DNA of 64,000 nucleotides from Candidatus Fermentibacteraceae bacterium (GTDB lineage: Bacteria; Fermentibacterota; Fermentibacteria; Fermentibacterales; JCC-6). The stretch is taken from contig JADGDO010000001.1 in NCBI GenBank assembly GCA_016744855.1, positions 256,765 through 320,764 of the forward strand. Direction: 5' to 3'. Within the stretch, counting starts at the first letter, position 1, and every line of letters begins with the position of its first letter. Position numbers and translations under genes: made by a program. The notes below the pieces were generated by a model. The model saw only the letters and a program-made list of their open reading frames with translations, did no database searches and was not told the origin of the DNA. Shown piece after piece: positions 20,359-28,883 of this stretch.

Positions 20359-21536
20359 AGAAGCTCCACCTTAACTCTGTCTGCTGAAGAATCACAGTGA
20401 ATGTAAACAAGTGAAGATGTTTCTGCCACTTTTACCTTTCGAGTAGCCTTTGCAGGAATACAGAATCTGACTAACATCTTACCAGCAGAATCTGAAACAG
20501 CTCCGGTTACTGAATGCTTAAGAGCGGTTATTCTAAGTTCAAGAGATTTCCCTTCAGTTCTAATTCCCCCCCATGGAGAAATTGTATTCTGGACCCAACC
20601 CGGCCCTCTCTCCTTTTTACTCGTCCTCGTAAGGGGAAAATCCATGGGATCTCCAAAGAGAATTGCTCTTACTTCCTCAGGAAGATTAACAGTTTCCACT
20701 TTGTTTCTCAACGATTTCACAATCGAGGAAATCCTCCATAATGGAGATCTGCCATGCAGAATGGAATGCAAAATAATCCGCGCTTCTCTTCTCCACCAGT
20801 CAATTGTCAGTCTGCCCTTTCCCAGATACCTCCGGAACATTCTTATTGATGAGCAAAATTCCCAATCTAGAGCTCTCTGTCTACTACTGGAGACGCCAAC
20901 CATGTGCTGCGCTTCGGAGGATCTCAGCACTCCTAGTTTCCAACCAGCTGCACGAAGTCTTAGTGACAGATCCGCATCTTCGAAATACATGAAGAAATTC
21001 TCATCAAAACCATTCACGCTTCTCAGAGCTTCTGTTCTCCAAAGGGATACTGCTGCGGTTATTGCCGGAACATCCTGTAAATCTGTGAGGGGGGAGAATT
21101 CAAGATGCATGAATCTGGAGTCCCAGGCCTCACCGTAGGGAGTAAGAAAAACGCCGCTGGAAACTGTTACTTTCGGCCAATCCCAAAGCCTGATCAGAGG
21201 TTGTACACCTGCATAGTTTGGATTCGCATCTAGAAAATCAACTAGCCTATCAAGAGAATCTGCATCAATCGATGCATCACTGTTAAGCATTAGTGTGTAC
21301 TGTGTCTTCACTTTCTCGAGACAGCGGTTATTGCCGAAACCAAATCCGTGATTCTCTCCCCTGATAACTAGGGGATTACAGGGTAATTTTGCAACCAGCC
21401 GAAGCGAATCATCAGTTGATCCGCTGTCATAAACAACAACCGGCATATCCCCCGGAAGACTGGAGAGTGTATTTGCGATTTGTGGTATCAGTTTCTCACC
21501 ATTGTAGAGAACAAAAGCTGCTGTTACACTGTTCAC
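20355..21536 (-). CDS. Glycosyltransferase family 2
   Basis: YDSGSTD, GFGFGNN, LNSDA, GFDENFFMYFEDADL. Confidence 0.9.
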   Translation of the reverse strand: MNSVTAAFVLYNGEKLIPQIANTLSSLPGDMPVVVYDSGSTDDSLRLVAKLPCNPLVIRGENHGFGFGNNRCLEKVKTQYTLMLNSDASIDADSLDRLVDFLDANPNYAGVQPLIRLWDWPKVTVSSGVFLTPYGEAWDSRFMHLEFSPLTDLQDVPAITAAVSLWRTEALRSVNGFDENFFMYFEDADLSLRLRAAGWKLGVLRSSEAQHMVGVSSSRQRALDWEFCSSIRMFRRYLGKGRLTIDWWRREARIILHSILHGRSPLWRISSIVKSLRNKVETVNLPEEVRAILFGDPMDFPLTRTSKKERGPGWVQNTISPWGGIRTEGKSLELRITALKHSVTGAVSDSAGKMLVRFCIPAKATRKVKVAETSSLVYIHCDSSADRVKVELL

Positions 21537-22765
21537 TTGAATCTCTCCTGAATGGTACTGTAAAATTTATCAGTCACTTTTTGCCAAGTATGGTCATTCA
21601 TGGTAGTTTCATAACCCACTCGACCCATAGCTATTGCAGTGTTTTCGTTGTTCAGCAGAAAAGAAATTTTCCCGGATAGATCTTCCCTGTCTCCGAATTC
21701 AATAAGATAGCCATTTTTCTCAGCTTCTATAAGATCCGGCATTCCACCGGCATTGCATCCAATGACTGGCTTTTGGGAGATCCATCCATCCAGTAGCACG
21801 ATACCGAAAGCATCGAGTCGGGATGGTGCAGCTATAATGGAGGCTGCTGCAAAAAGGTGCTTTCTAATTTCTTCCCTGATGTATCCTGTAACTATAAGAT
21901 TCTCAGAAGGAACCTCTCCCGCCCTTGCATCGAGATACTCTCTAAAATCTTTCTGCAGGGGCCCGGCAAGAACAAGAACGAAATCCTCCCCTTTTTTCCA
22001 CAAGGCTATTGAGGAATCAAGAAGGGTGTTTGATCCTTTATCCTCGCAGTGTGCAGTAACGCTGAGAACAATTTTTTTCTTTGGGGGAATCGAGAAGACT
22101 TTTCTTGCCTTGTTGCCGTCTGCACCTTCCCATTCCTTTGGATTTATTCCACTACCTGACACCACAACGTTTTGTCTGTCAACTCCGCATTCATCAATAT
22201 AGACAGATTTTTCAAAGCTGTTTTGCGCAATAACAAGATTTGACTGCCTGAGGACCTCAGGCTGCTCTCCCGCAAAATAGTGGAGCGGTTCAATTCTGTG
22301 GTTGTGACTACCGATATTTGCATGTGGGACAGAGATCAGAGGCACCCGCCATTTCTGTGAGTATCTGTAACCTGCATGCATAAGAAAGGGCATTGCATTA
22401 GCATGCACAAGATCAAAACCACTGACTTTGCCTATCCAGCTGTCAAACTTTGGTATGAAAGGATTTGGGTAGAAATACCTGTCAGGGCCACCTTTTTTCA
22501 GTCTCCTGAATACTGCTCTGGCCAAGTTTTGCAGAGGAGGGTGTGTTACGGGGAAACGAATAATCTCGATGCGGTCTCGGGTAAAAGTGCCGGGGTGAAG
22601 ATGCCTCCCCTGTTTTGAAACGAGCCACGACATGTCCCACGCATCTGTAGCAACAACTGTGGAGGTGTGTCCCCATCTTTCAGCGGCAAGTGCATGCTCC
22701 CATACATATCTTTCAGCTCCGCCATGATATGGCCATGTTCTGTGAATAAGGTGGAGTATTTTCAC
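21533..22765 (-). CDS. Glycosyltransferase family 4 (GT-B)
   Basis: MKILHL..GGAE; PSRLDAFGIVLLDGW..KPVI...GGMPD (D-x7-D variant of E-x7-E). Confidence 0.88.
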   Translation of the reverse strand: MKILHLIHRTWPYHGGAERYVWEHALAAERWGHTSTVVATDAWDMSWLVSKQGRHLHPGTFTRDRIEIIRFPVTHPPLQNLARAVFRRLKKGGPDRYFYPNPFIPKFDSWIGKVSGFDLVHANAMPFLMHAGYRYSQKWRVPLISVPHANIGSHNHRIEPLHYFAGEQPEVLRQSNLVIAQNSFEKSVYIDECGVDRQNVVVSGSGINPKEWEGADGNKARKVFSIPPKKKIVLSVTAHCEDKGSNTLLDSSIALWKKGEDFVLVLAGPLQKDFREYLDARAGEVPSENLIVTGYIREEIRKHLFAAASIIAAPSRLDAFGIVLLDGWISQKPVIGCNAGGMPDLIEAEKNGYLIEFGDREDLSGKISFLLNNENTAIAMGRVGYETTMNDHTWQKVTDKFYSTIQERFK

Positions 22766-23850
22766 AAAAGGCTCCTGTAGAATTCAATAGCCTTTTCTGC
22801 CGTGTTGTTCCAGGAAGGTCGCTGAGCAGACTTCGCCATGTCGTTCAGGGAATCTGATATCCTACCAGAAGCCATATCTCTTATAGATTTAACCCAGGGA
22901 GCAGATTCTAGAACCGGAAGAATAAGTCCATTAGTACCAACGGTTTCAGGGAGAGCTCCTCCATCAGAAGAGATTACAGCTGTTCCGCAGGCGAATGCCT
23001 CCAGAATTGGAAGACCCAGCCCTTCACTTGAGCTTGGAAGAAGAAGTGCTGTTGCTCCTCTGTAAAGTGTGAGCAACTCTTCGTCTGAAATGTTTTTCAG
23101 AAAAACAACATTCCGATTGTTTTCCAAAATCTCATCTCCCCATTTTTCTGCACCTGCCAGAACCAGTTTTTTGTCTGTTCCAGCCTCACTGAAACAGCGA
23201 ATTAAAAATGGAATACTCTTTCTGGGTACATAGCTTCCAACATGAAGAAAATAACCATCCGGTGAAAGGTTAAGAGCTTCAAGTAATTCTTTGTCTGGTT
23301 GGCCCGGTGCGAATATTTCATCAGCTGCTCCTCCAGCTATACCGATTCTTTCCAATGGAATTTTGAACAACTTTGAGGCAACGGCTGCAGACCAGTCACT
23401 TATTGTCAGAACAGCAGCTCCAGAACTGATAAGATTTTGCATTTTTGAAGCATAAAACAGAGTGTCCCTGGTGTGGGACTCCGGAGATACCCAAGGTGTA
23501 TCATCGAAAAATGTCACAACTTTTTGCTTCCCTCTTCCCTCGGGTTGCACACCGGAAAGGTGAATGATGTCAACGGGCCCGGTAGCTTTTTCAATTCTGT
23601 TTGCTCTGGTGGACTCAAGGATACCCCATGCCAAGAAAAATCTTCTCAGAAGAGGAATTTTCATCCATGCCGGTGGTTCAACAACTTTTGCACCGGGTAC
23701 TGTACAAGAATGTCCCGGATGGGTCTCCAGGAGATCAATTGACCGGTGCTTGCTGTTTGCCTGTAAAAGTCCTTTTGAAAGCCCCCTGACCCACCTGCCG
23801 ACTCCACCTTTGCTGTGCGTACAAACAGTAACGTCAAGAATAGTCCTCAT
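22762..23850 (-). CDS. Glycosyltransferase family 4 (GT-B)
   Basis: GGVGR, VGSYVPRK, PSSSEGLGLPILEAFACG, ALPE. Start moved to ATG 23850, which overlaps the upstream TGA. Confidence 0.9.
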   Translation of the reverse strand: MRTILDVTVCTHSKGGVGRWVRGLSKGLLQANSKHRSIDLLETHPGHSCTVPGAKVVEPPAWMKIPLLRRFFLAWGILESTRANRIEKATGPVDIIHLSGVQPEGRGKQKVVTFFDDTPWVSPESHTRDTLFYASKMQNLISSGAAVLTISDWSAAVASKLFKIPLERIGIAGGAADEIFAPGQPDKELLEALNLSPDGYFLHVGSYVPRKSIPFLIRCFSEAGTDKKLVLAGAEKWGDEILENNRNVVFLKNISDEELLTLYRGATALLLPSSSEGLGLPILEAFACGTAVISSDGGALPETVGTNGLILPVLESAPWVKSIRDMASGRISDSLNDMAKSAQRPSWNNTAEKAIEFYRSLL

Positions 23851-25385
23851 GGAGACATCCAAACCCAAACACTGTCGGATTTGTCATCTTCAGTAAAAAG
23901 GGAAGTGTAAAGTGAGTCGTATTTTTCCTGTATTGAGTCCTCAAACATCCACCTGTTATAGATAATTCTTCGGGCACCGGAGTTAATCATATCTTCTTCA
24001 GTCGGCAAAAACTCACTATTCCAGAGAAGAGAAGGTGGAATCGCTTTTTCCTGCCACTCTCCCCCACGTGCAAGAAACCCTATCAACCTGGGCGCACCGT
24101 CTGCAATCTGAAACATGGAATATCTGCGAATTGCCTTGGAAGCAGGTATCTCGAGAGTTACAGGAAGAGATTCCCAGGATTCAGTATAACATGAAGGAAC
24201 TGTATCATCTATAGTTCTGAGCTTTAGTGGAACTAGCTCTACGGCCATCAGAATAATCAGCCCCCATGCAAGCACTGACTTCCTGCTCTCAATCAGTTTT
24301 CCTGCTGCCAGTGCAGCCATCAAGCCAGTTATCATGGAAAGCCTTGCTGGGCTTCTGGCAGCGGACAAGAAGGGCAACCGTGTAATCACCATATACGGAA
24401 GAGGTATAGCTGTAGGTCTACCACATATTTTTAGCAAGGGTCCCATCGACAGAATTACAATTCCTCCAGCACAAAGAAGAGCAACCCATGACTTTTTTCT
24501 GAAAGTGTAAATTAGTGCCAGGAGTGCTACGGTAAGCCCGGGAGAAACAACCCCTTCAAAGGGATTCGGCATTGTGTCCAGAACAAGGGGTTCTCCCAGG
24601 AATGATGGCAGAATAAACCACTGTGGTTCAGCTGCCCAGTGCACTGCCTCCTTCCAATCCACGGAAGGATTGGTGCTGAAAGCCTCAGGAGCAGTAAAAA
24701 ACCAGAGCAGAGCAAGAGCTGCCCCAAGGGACAATGCAAGAGCAGCAAACAATACCCTTTTCATACCAGCATTTTTTGTTAAAATTGCTGTAATCAAAAA
24801 ACCCACAGCAATAATCAAAACAGAGTAGAGGCTCTCCATCAGAGCAAGGAAAGATGTGAGCAGGAGGAGAATGCTGTATTTTTTATCAGTTTCCAGTAAA
24901 ACCCTTCGGACTCCGAACAGGCTGAGAATTACAAATCCTGCACTTGCAAGCATGTAATGCTGGTAAACACGAACCAATCTCAGAGGCATCCATGCGATGA
25001 TAAACCCCGCTACAAGTGAACCTGCTTTCCCTATCCCCCAGGAACGGGCAAGTAGATAACCTGCTAGTGCTGAAAACAAAGTTCCTATGAAAAGTACCAT
25101 GTTGTAGCTGAAGCCGGTAATGAACGAAAGGAAAACATCCGGCCACCCTATGTTGTGCCAGACAAGTGATCCGATATCGGAAATTCTAGGGTCCTGACCA
25201 TTATCCAGTGAAGTGCGAACCGACCAGAAGTGCCATACTCCGTCAAATACATCGCTGTCTCCAGCAAAAAGAACATCTGCCCTCTCAGCTGGCATGCCTA
25301 CAATGCCTGTTCCGGCAAATGCGAAGATAAGCCAAGGGAGCAGAAGAAGAGTTGAAAGGAAGAAGAGCAGATATCTAGTATTCAT
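23847..25385 (-). CDS. Polytopic membrane protein, GT-C/YfhO-like putative glycosyltransferase
   Basis: More than 10 TM helices; GD..DGVWHFW; LSMGP; PYM...LPFLS.AR.PAR; TLEIP. Start moved to ATG 25385. Confidence 0.55.
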   Translation of the reverse strand: MNTRYLLFFLSTLLLLPWLIFAFAGTGIVGMPAERADVLFAGDSDVFDGVWHFWSVRTSLDNGQDPRISDIGSLVWHNIGWPDVFLSFITGFSYNMVLFIGTLFSALAGYLLARSWGIGKAGSLVAGFIIAWMPLRLVRVYQHYMLASAGFVILSLFGVRRVLLETDKKYSILLLLTSFLALMESLYSVLIIAVGFLITAILTKNAGMKRVLFAALALSLGAALALLWFFTAPEAFSTNPSVDWKEAVHWAAEPQWFILPSFLGEPLVLDTMPNPFEGVVSPGLTVALLALIYTFRKKSWVALLCAGGIVILSMGPLLKICGRPTAIPLPYMVITRLPFLSAARSPARLSMITGLMAALAAGKLIESRKSVLAWGLIILMAVELVPLKLRTIDDTVPSCYTESWESLPVTLEIPASKAIRRYSMFQIADGAPRLIGFLARGGEWQEKAIPPSLLWNSEFLPTEEDMINSGARRIIYNRWMFEDSIQEKYDSLYTSLFTEDDKSDSVWVWMSP

Positions 25386-26502
25386 TGCTGCTTCTTTCAA
25401 TCAGATCGAGCCATTGCTTCAGGCATTTATCTTTGTCGCTCACTTCAGCAAAATACTGACTGGCTGCTTCTGATATGGAGGAGCGGATTTTATCGTTTTC
25501 CAGAATGTATTTAATGGCTGCGCATGCACCACCTGCCCCGGACTCAGCTGGTATTCTCAGAACAGCACCCGCAGGGATATCGCGGAATGTCCCCTCCGAT
25601 GAAACGACTGCAGGAATACCGCTTCTCAGGAGATCCATCATTGAACCACTTGTTTCTCCGCAAGTATGATGCCTTAGATCGAGTGCTATATCAATTTTTT
25701 CCAGTTTGTCCCTGAATTCTCTGTCGGGTAGACGACCTGTTGCTGTTACCCATGGGTGATCTGTTTCAGGCCAGCCCCCACCTGCTATTAGAAGGTGGCA
25801 ATCGAGCGTTTTTCTAAGCAATTGCACTGCGCGAAACATATCCTCCCAGCTTCTTCCATAATGAAATGTACCGACAATGCCGATAGTAATAGCATGACTT
25901 CTTTCCTGAGGCTTTTCTGCAGGGCTGAGAAAATCCGGAAGAAAGCCCATTCTGATTACTGATTTGCCTCTAGCCAGTTTTTCAAGTTCATACTTTGCTG
26001 TATCACTTAAAACAGCAATTATCCTGCTTGATAAGACCAGCTTGCCTATGAGAGGGTATTTTCTTAGGCGTGTGTCATATTCAGAAAGACTTTTTGCTTT
26101 TTTACTCATTATTTTTCGAAAGGAATCCGAATTTTCACGGTAGTCAAATTCTATATGATTGTTGTAACTTTCCCAGTCACCGGAAGTATTTGCTCTGTTT
26201 CTAAGCACATGGTGCATGTTTGTCTCATGAAAAAGACTGGTTCCCCCATGTTTAAGTAGTGTTTCAATAACTTCTTCACAGTGTGGAGAGTTTCCCACCT
26301 GATATACTGCCGGAAGTTTAAAGTGTTCCTCTCGGAGTTCTTTGATTGGTAAACAATTGAAACCCTTTGCAGTTTCGGCACCGGAGGGATATGCAACAGT
26401 CCACTCTATATGGTTTTTTGTAAGAGAAAGAATCCTCATTGCATAGTCTGCCAAACCAGTCGGTTGCGGGGGGAATGGGGTAACCAGCAGTGCTTTCCTC
26501 AT
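25375..26502 (-). CDS. Glycosyltransferase, GT-B fold (family 4-like)
   Basis: TPFPPQPTGLADY, YQVGNSPH, LR..TCGETSG, G.P.VVS. Confidence 0.8.
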   Translation of the reverse strand: MRKALLVTPFPPQPTGLADYAMRILSLTKNHIEWTVAYPSGAETAKGFNCLPIKELREEHFKLPAVYQVGNSPHCEEVIETLLKHGGTSLFHETNMHHVLRNRANTSGDWESYNNHIEFDYRENSDSFRKIMSKKAKSLSEYDTRLRKYPLIGKLVLSSRIIAVLSDTAKYELEKLARGKSVIRMGFLPDFLSPAEKPQERSHAITIGIVGTFHYGRSWEDMFRAVQLLRKTLDCHLLIAGGGWPETDHPWVTATGRLPDREFRDKLEKIDIALDLRHHTCGETSGSMMDLLRSGIPAVVSSEGTFRDIPAGAVLRIPAESGAGGACAAIKYILENDKIRSSISEAASQYFAEVSDKDKCLKQWLDLIERSSNEY

Positions 26503-27239
26503 CTGGTAATGCCCTTCCAGCTTCTTATTCTGAAAGCGATGATTTGCTGAAACATTTCATAAATAGCTCCGAATCTAACAAAAGCAAAGAAACCGCTTCG
26601 CGAAGTCTCAAATGAGACTGTACCGGCTCGTCTTTCAAAATGACTAACGGGAATCTGAACAACTCTGTACCCGAGATCTCTTGCAAGTGTAAGGATTTCG
26701 AAATCAATAACACCACATGTTGAGAGTGGTTTAACATATCTAAAAATAGAGGCTCTAAAAAGTTTGAACGAAGAATCAACGTCTTTGAAGCCTCTTAAAA
26801 AGAGCATGAGTGTAAGAGTATTCCAGAGCAGAGAATACCCAAGACGCATACCGGGGTCTTTCCTTTTGTGTCGGTAGGCTGAAACAATGTCTGCTTCATT
26901 TCTTCGTTCCCATACGAGGTCGAGTTCCTCAAGATCGAACTGCCCGTCGCAATCAGTATAGAATATCCATTCCATGACCGATTCCTCAATACCGGTTCTT
27001 ACAGCCTTGCCGAACCCAAGATTACATGGGTGGGATACCAGTCTTATTCTTGAATCTTTTTTTGACATTGAATTGGTGATTGATGCAGTTTTATCTGTTG
27101 AGCCATCATCAACCACTATAATTTCCCAGCGATCTCCAACAATTCTTTTGAGAACTTTTACGGCACTAGTTACCATAAACTCAACATTCTCTTCTTCGTT
27201 GAATGCAGGGAAAAACAGACTTATTCCTTCATTTGAAAT
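26499..27239 (-). CDS. Glycosyltransferase family 2, polyprenol-phosphate glycosyltransferase (DPM1-like); probable ATT start
   Basis: IVVDDGSTD, NLGFG.AVRTG, DCDGQFD, DVDSSFKLF. The conserved N-terminal strand ISLFFPAFNEEENV lies upstream of the first ATG (27176). An in-frame ATT at 27239 has SD AGAGGGGG 6 nt upstream. Confidence 0.8.
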   Translation of the reverse strand: MSNEGISLFFPAFNEEENVEFMVTSAVKVLKRIVGDRWEIIVVDDGSTDKTASITNSMSKKDSRIRLVSHPCNLGFGKAVRTGIEESVMEWIFYTDCDGQFDLEELDLVWERRNEADIVSAYRHKRKDPGMRLGYSLLWNTLTLMLFLRGFKDVDSSFKLFRASIFRYVKPLSTCGVIDFEILTLARDLGYRVVQIPVSHFERRAGTVSFETSRSGFFAFVRFGAIYEMFQQIIAFRIRSWKGITR

Positions 27240-27322
27240 CGGAGACCCCCTCTTGAATTGAAACGTCTTTTCAAAAGAGGAATATTAGCTAAAAAGTGTT
27301 TTTCTACAAGCGACCTGTCTGT

Positions 27323-27706
27323 TCAGGATGCAACAGTTTGCAGAGCAGGATGCTGAACTGGATTATCAAGCGATTCCATCATGTCAAGTTCAAGAAGTTT
27401 CTTCATTTCCCGCAGTATACTGTTTTCTCTAATTCTAACCATGTCTGCCGTTTCAGCAGCTTTAATAAACATACAACCCTCAATTCTTGCTCTGTTGCAA
27501 TTTTCTATTCTGAACAACACTGGTTTCTTCATTCCCGGGCCTTCCAGGTAAAACATTCCGGAAGCCAGAATTACTTCTGCAGCTTTCGAATTTGTGCTCA
27601 GCACTATTGCTGTTGTTTTTCTTCCGGCTCTCTCCTCTACCGCACTCCACACTGTTTCCGTGCTGTGCTCTCCCTTTTCTGTCTGAACAGTCCATCTGCT
27701 TTTCAT
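27323..27706 (-). CDS. Hypothetical protein (127 aa)
   Basis: Strong SD (GGAGGTG) 6 nt before ATG 27706 and its own near-consensus promoter. No recognised family. Confidence 0.65.
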   Translation of the reverse strand: MKSRWTVQTEKGEHSTETVWSAVEERAGRKTTAIVLSTNSKAAEVILASGMFYLEGPGMKKPVLFRIENCNRARIEGCMFIKAAETADMVRIRENSILREMKKLLELDMMESLDNPVQHPALQTVAS

Positions 27707-27725
27707 ATTTCTCACCTCCGCTCAT

Positions 27726-27754
27726 ATTATAGGTAAAGTTACACCTGATGTAAA
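27726..27754 (-). promoter_or_regulatory. Sigma70-type promoter TTTACA-N17-TATAAT
   Basis: Minus strand: TTTACA (27754-27749), 17-nt spacer, TATAAT (27731-27726), just upstream of the SD and ATG 27706. Confidence 0.7.
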
Positions 27755-27774
27755 CACCTGTTTACCTTTAGCGT

Positions 27775-27813
27775 AAAAAGTTGGGGAAGTAGCATTTGGC
27801 ACTTCCCCAACTT
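27775..27813 (-). terminator. Rho-independent terminator
   Basis: 13-bp perfect inverted repeat AAGTTGGGGAAGT / ACTTCCCCAACTT ending in a T-run on the minus strand, 6 nt after the TAG at 27820. Confidence 0.85.
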
Positions 27814-27819
27814 GTATAT

Positions 27820-28830
27820 CTAGATCTTGATTAATCTGGTAGTTGATGAATTGCCACCATCTACTACCCTTACAGTATAAGCACCAACAGGATCGTTTGA
27901 AGCATCCCAACCAAAAGATCCACTGGTTACTTGACCGGAATGACGTAGTCTTCCGTTCAGATCAAAGACCTCTACAAGAGCACCATCTCTGTATCCTGAG
28001 GCGTTTACCATACCCATTGAAGTAAATGGATTTGAAACAGGAGAAAGCGAGACAGGATCAATATCTATATAGCTGCTACCCTCAACTGAAGTGGAAGTAT
28101 CAACTTTATAGATTTTATCGTTATCAGGGTCGCTTACCCAGAGAAATCCATCAGTGTCCACAGTGAGCCCAGCAGCACATGGAACAGTTGTTCCCATTAT
28201 GTACCCTGTTACAACTCCACTGGTATTGTACCTTAAAACAGGACTGTCTGATTCATCTCTTGCTACCCATATACCTTCTGAAGAGTAGGCAATATCATAG
28301 ACATTCGGAGCAAGTCCAGGAAAGTCTACAGATGTCATGTATGAACCGGTCTGGGAGCCCGTGGTAGGATTGTACTTGTGAACAGCATATACGTCTGTGC
28401 CATAAGCGTTACCAAATGCGTAAAGAACTGAACCATTGAGACTTGCACCCGTCACCGACGAGTTTAAAGTTCCGCCTCAACAGTAGGCATCGAACATTCC
28501 GAGATAACTTCCGGTAGCATCATACTTGTAGAATTTTCCGTACTGGGTACCGCTGTAAACAGGTACGTAAACCGTACCACTTCCATAGGCAAGGCCACCA
28601 GTCGCAGGGTTGTAGGTAGGTGTCTGATCCGTAACATAAAAACTTGAAACTACTGATCCGTCGGAAGGATCGAGTTCATAAACATTCTGAGTAGTACCAT
28701 CAATAGCCCACAGACTGCCGTCACCATAAGCAAGCCCGGTAATTCCGGTGTCTGGTGCATCAAATGTTTCCACAACGACTGCAGCAAACAAAAGAGTGGG
28801 AATGAAAAGAAGAAGACCCCAAAACTTCAT
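27820..28830 (-). CDS. Putative selenoprotein (336 aa, Sec at residue 118): signal peptide, beta-propeller and T9SS-type C-terminal sorting domain
   Basis: ORFs 28477..28830 and 27820..28455 are in the same frame: TGT TGA GGC GGA ACT TTA AAC TCG TCG GTG (C-U-G-G-T-L-N-S-S-V). A SECIS-like hairpin follows the UGA. Propeller repeats (GLAY, GLAY, GASL, DIAY, GLTV) continue across it. The only strong SD (AGGAGG) precedes 28830. Confidence 0.8.
28441..28470 (-). promoter_or_regulatory. Bacterial SECIS-like stem-loop
   Basis: Lower stem ACUU/AAGU; upper stem ACUCGUC/GACGGGU; apical loop GGU after a 20-nt spacer from the UGA at 28479-28477. Confidence 0.72.
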
Positions 28831-28883
28831 AATAAACCTCCTTTAATTATGTACAAGACTGATGTATTATTTCAAAACAGGTT

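Noticed and set aside
27221..27325. Possible readthrough of the TGA ending the 127-aa hypothetical gene
   Set aside because: No Cys or redox context, no convincing hairpin, and the extension stops after about 33 codons in a different frame from the GT2 gene.
27820..28455. Stand-alone 211-aa ORF starting at GTG 28455 (and stand-alone 117-aa ORF 28477..28830)
   Set aside because: It has no good SD or signal peptide despite a sorting tail, the GTG lies in the SECIS-like loop, and it is in frame with the upstream ORF. One recoded gene explains this better.
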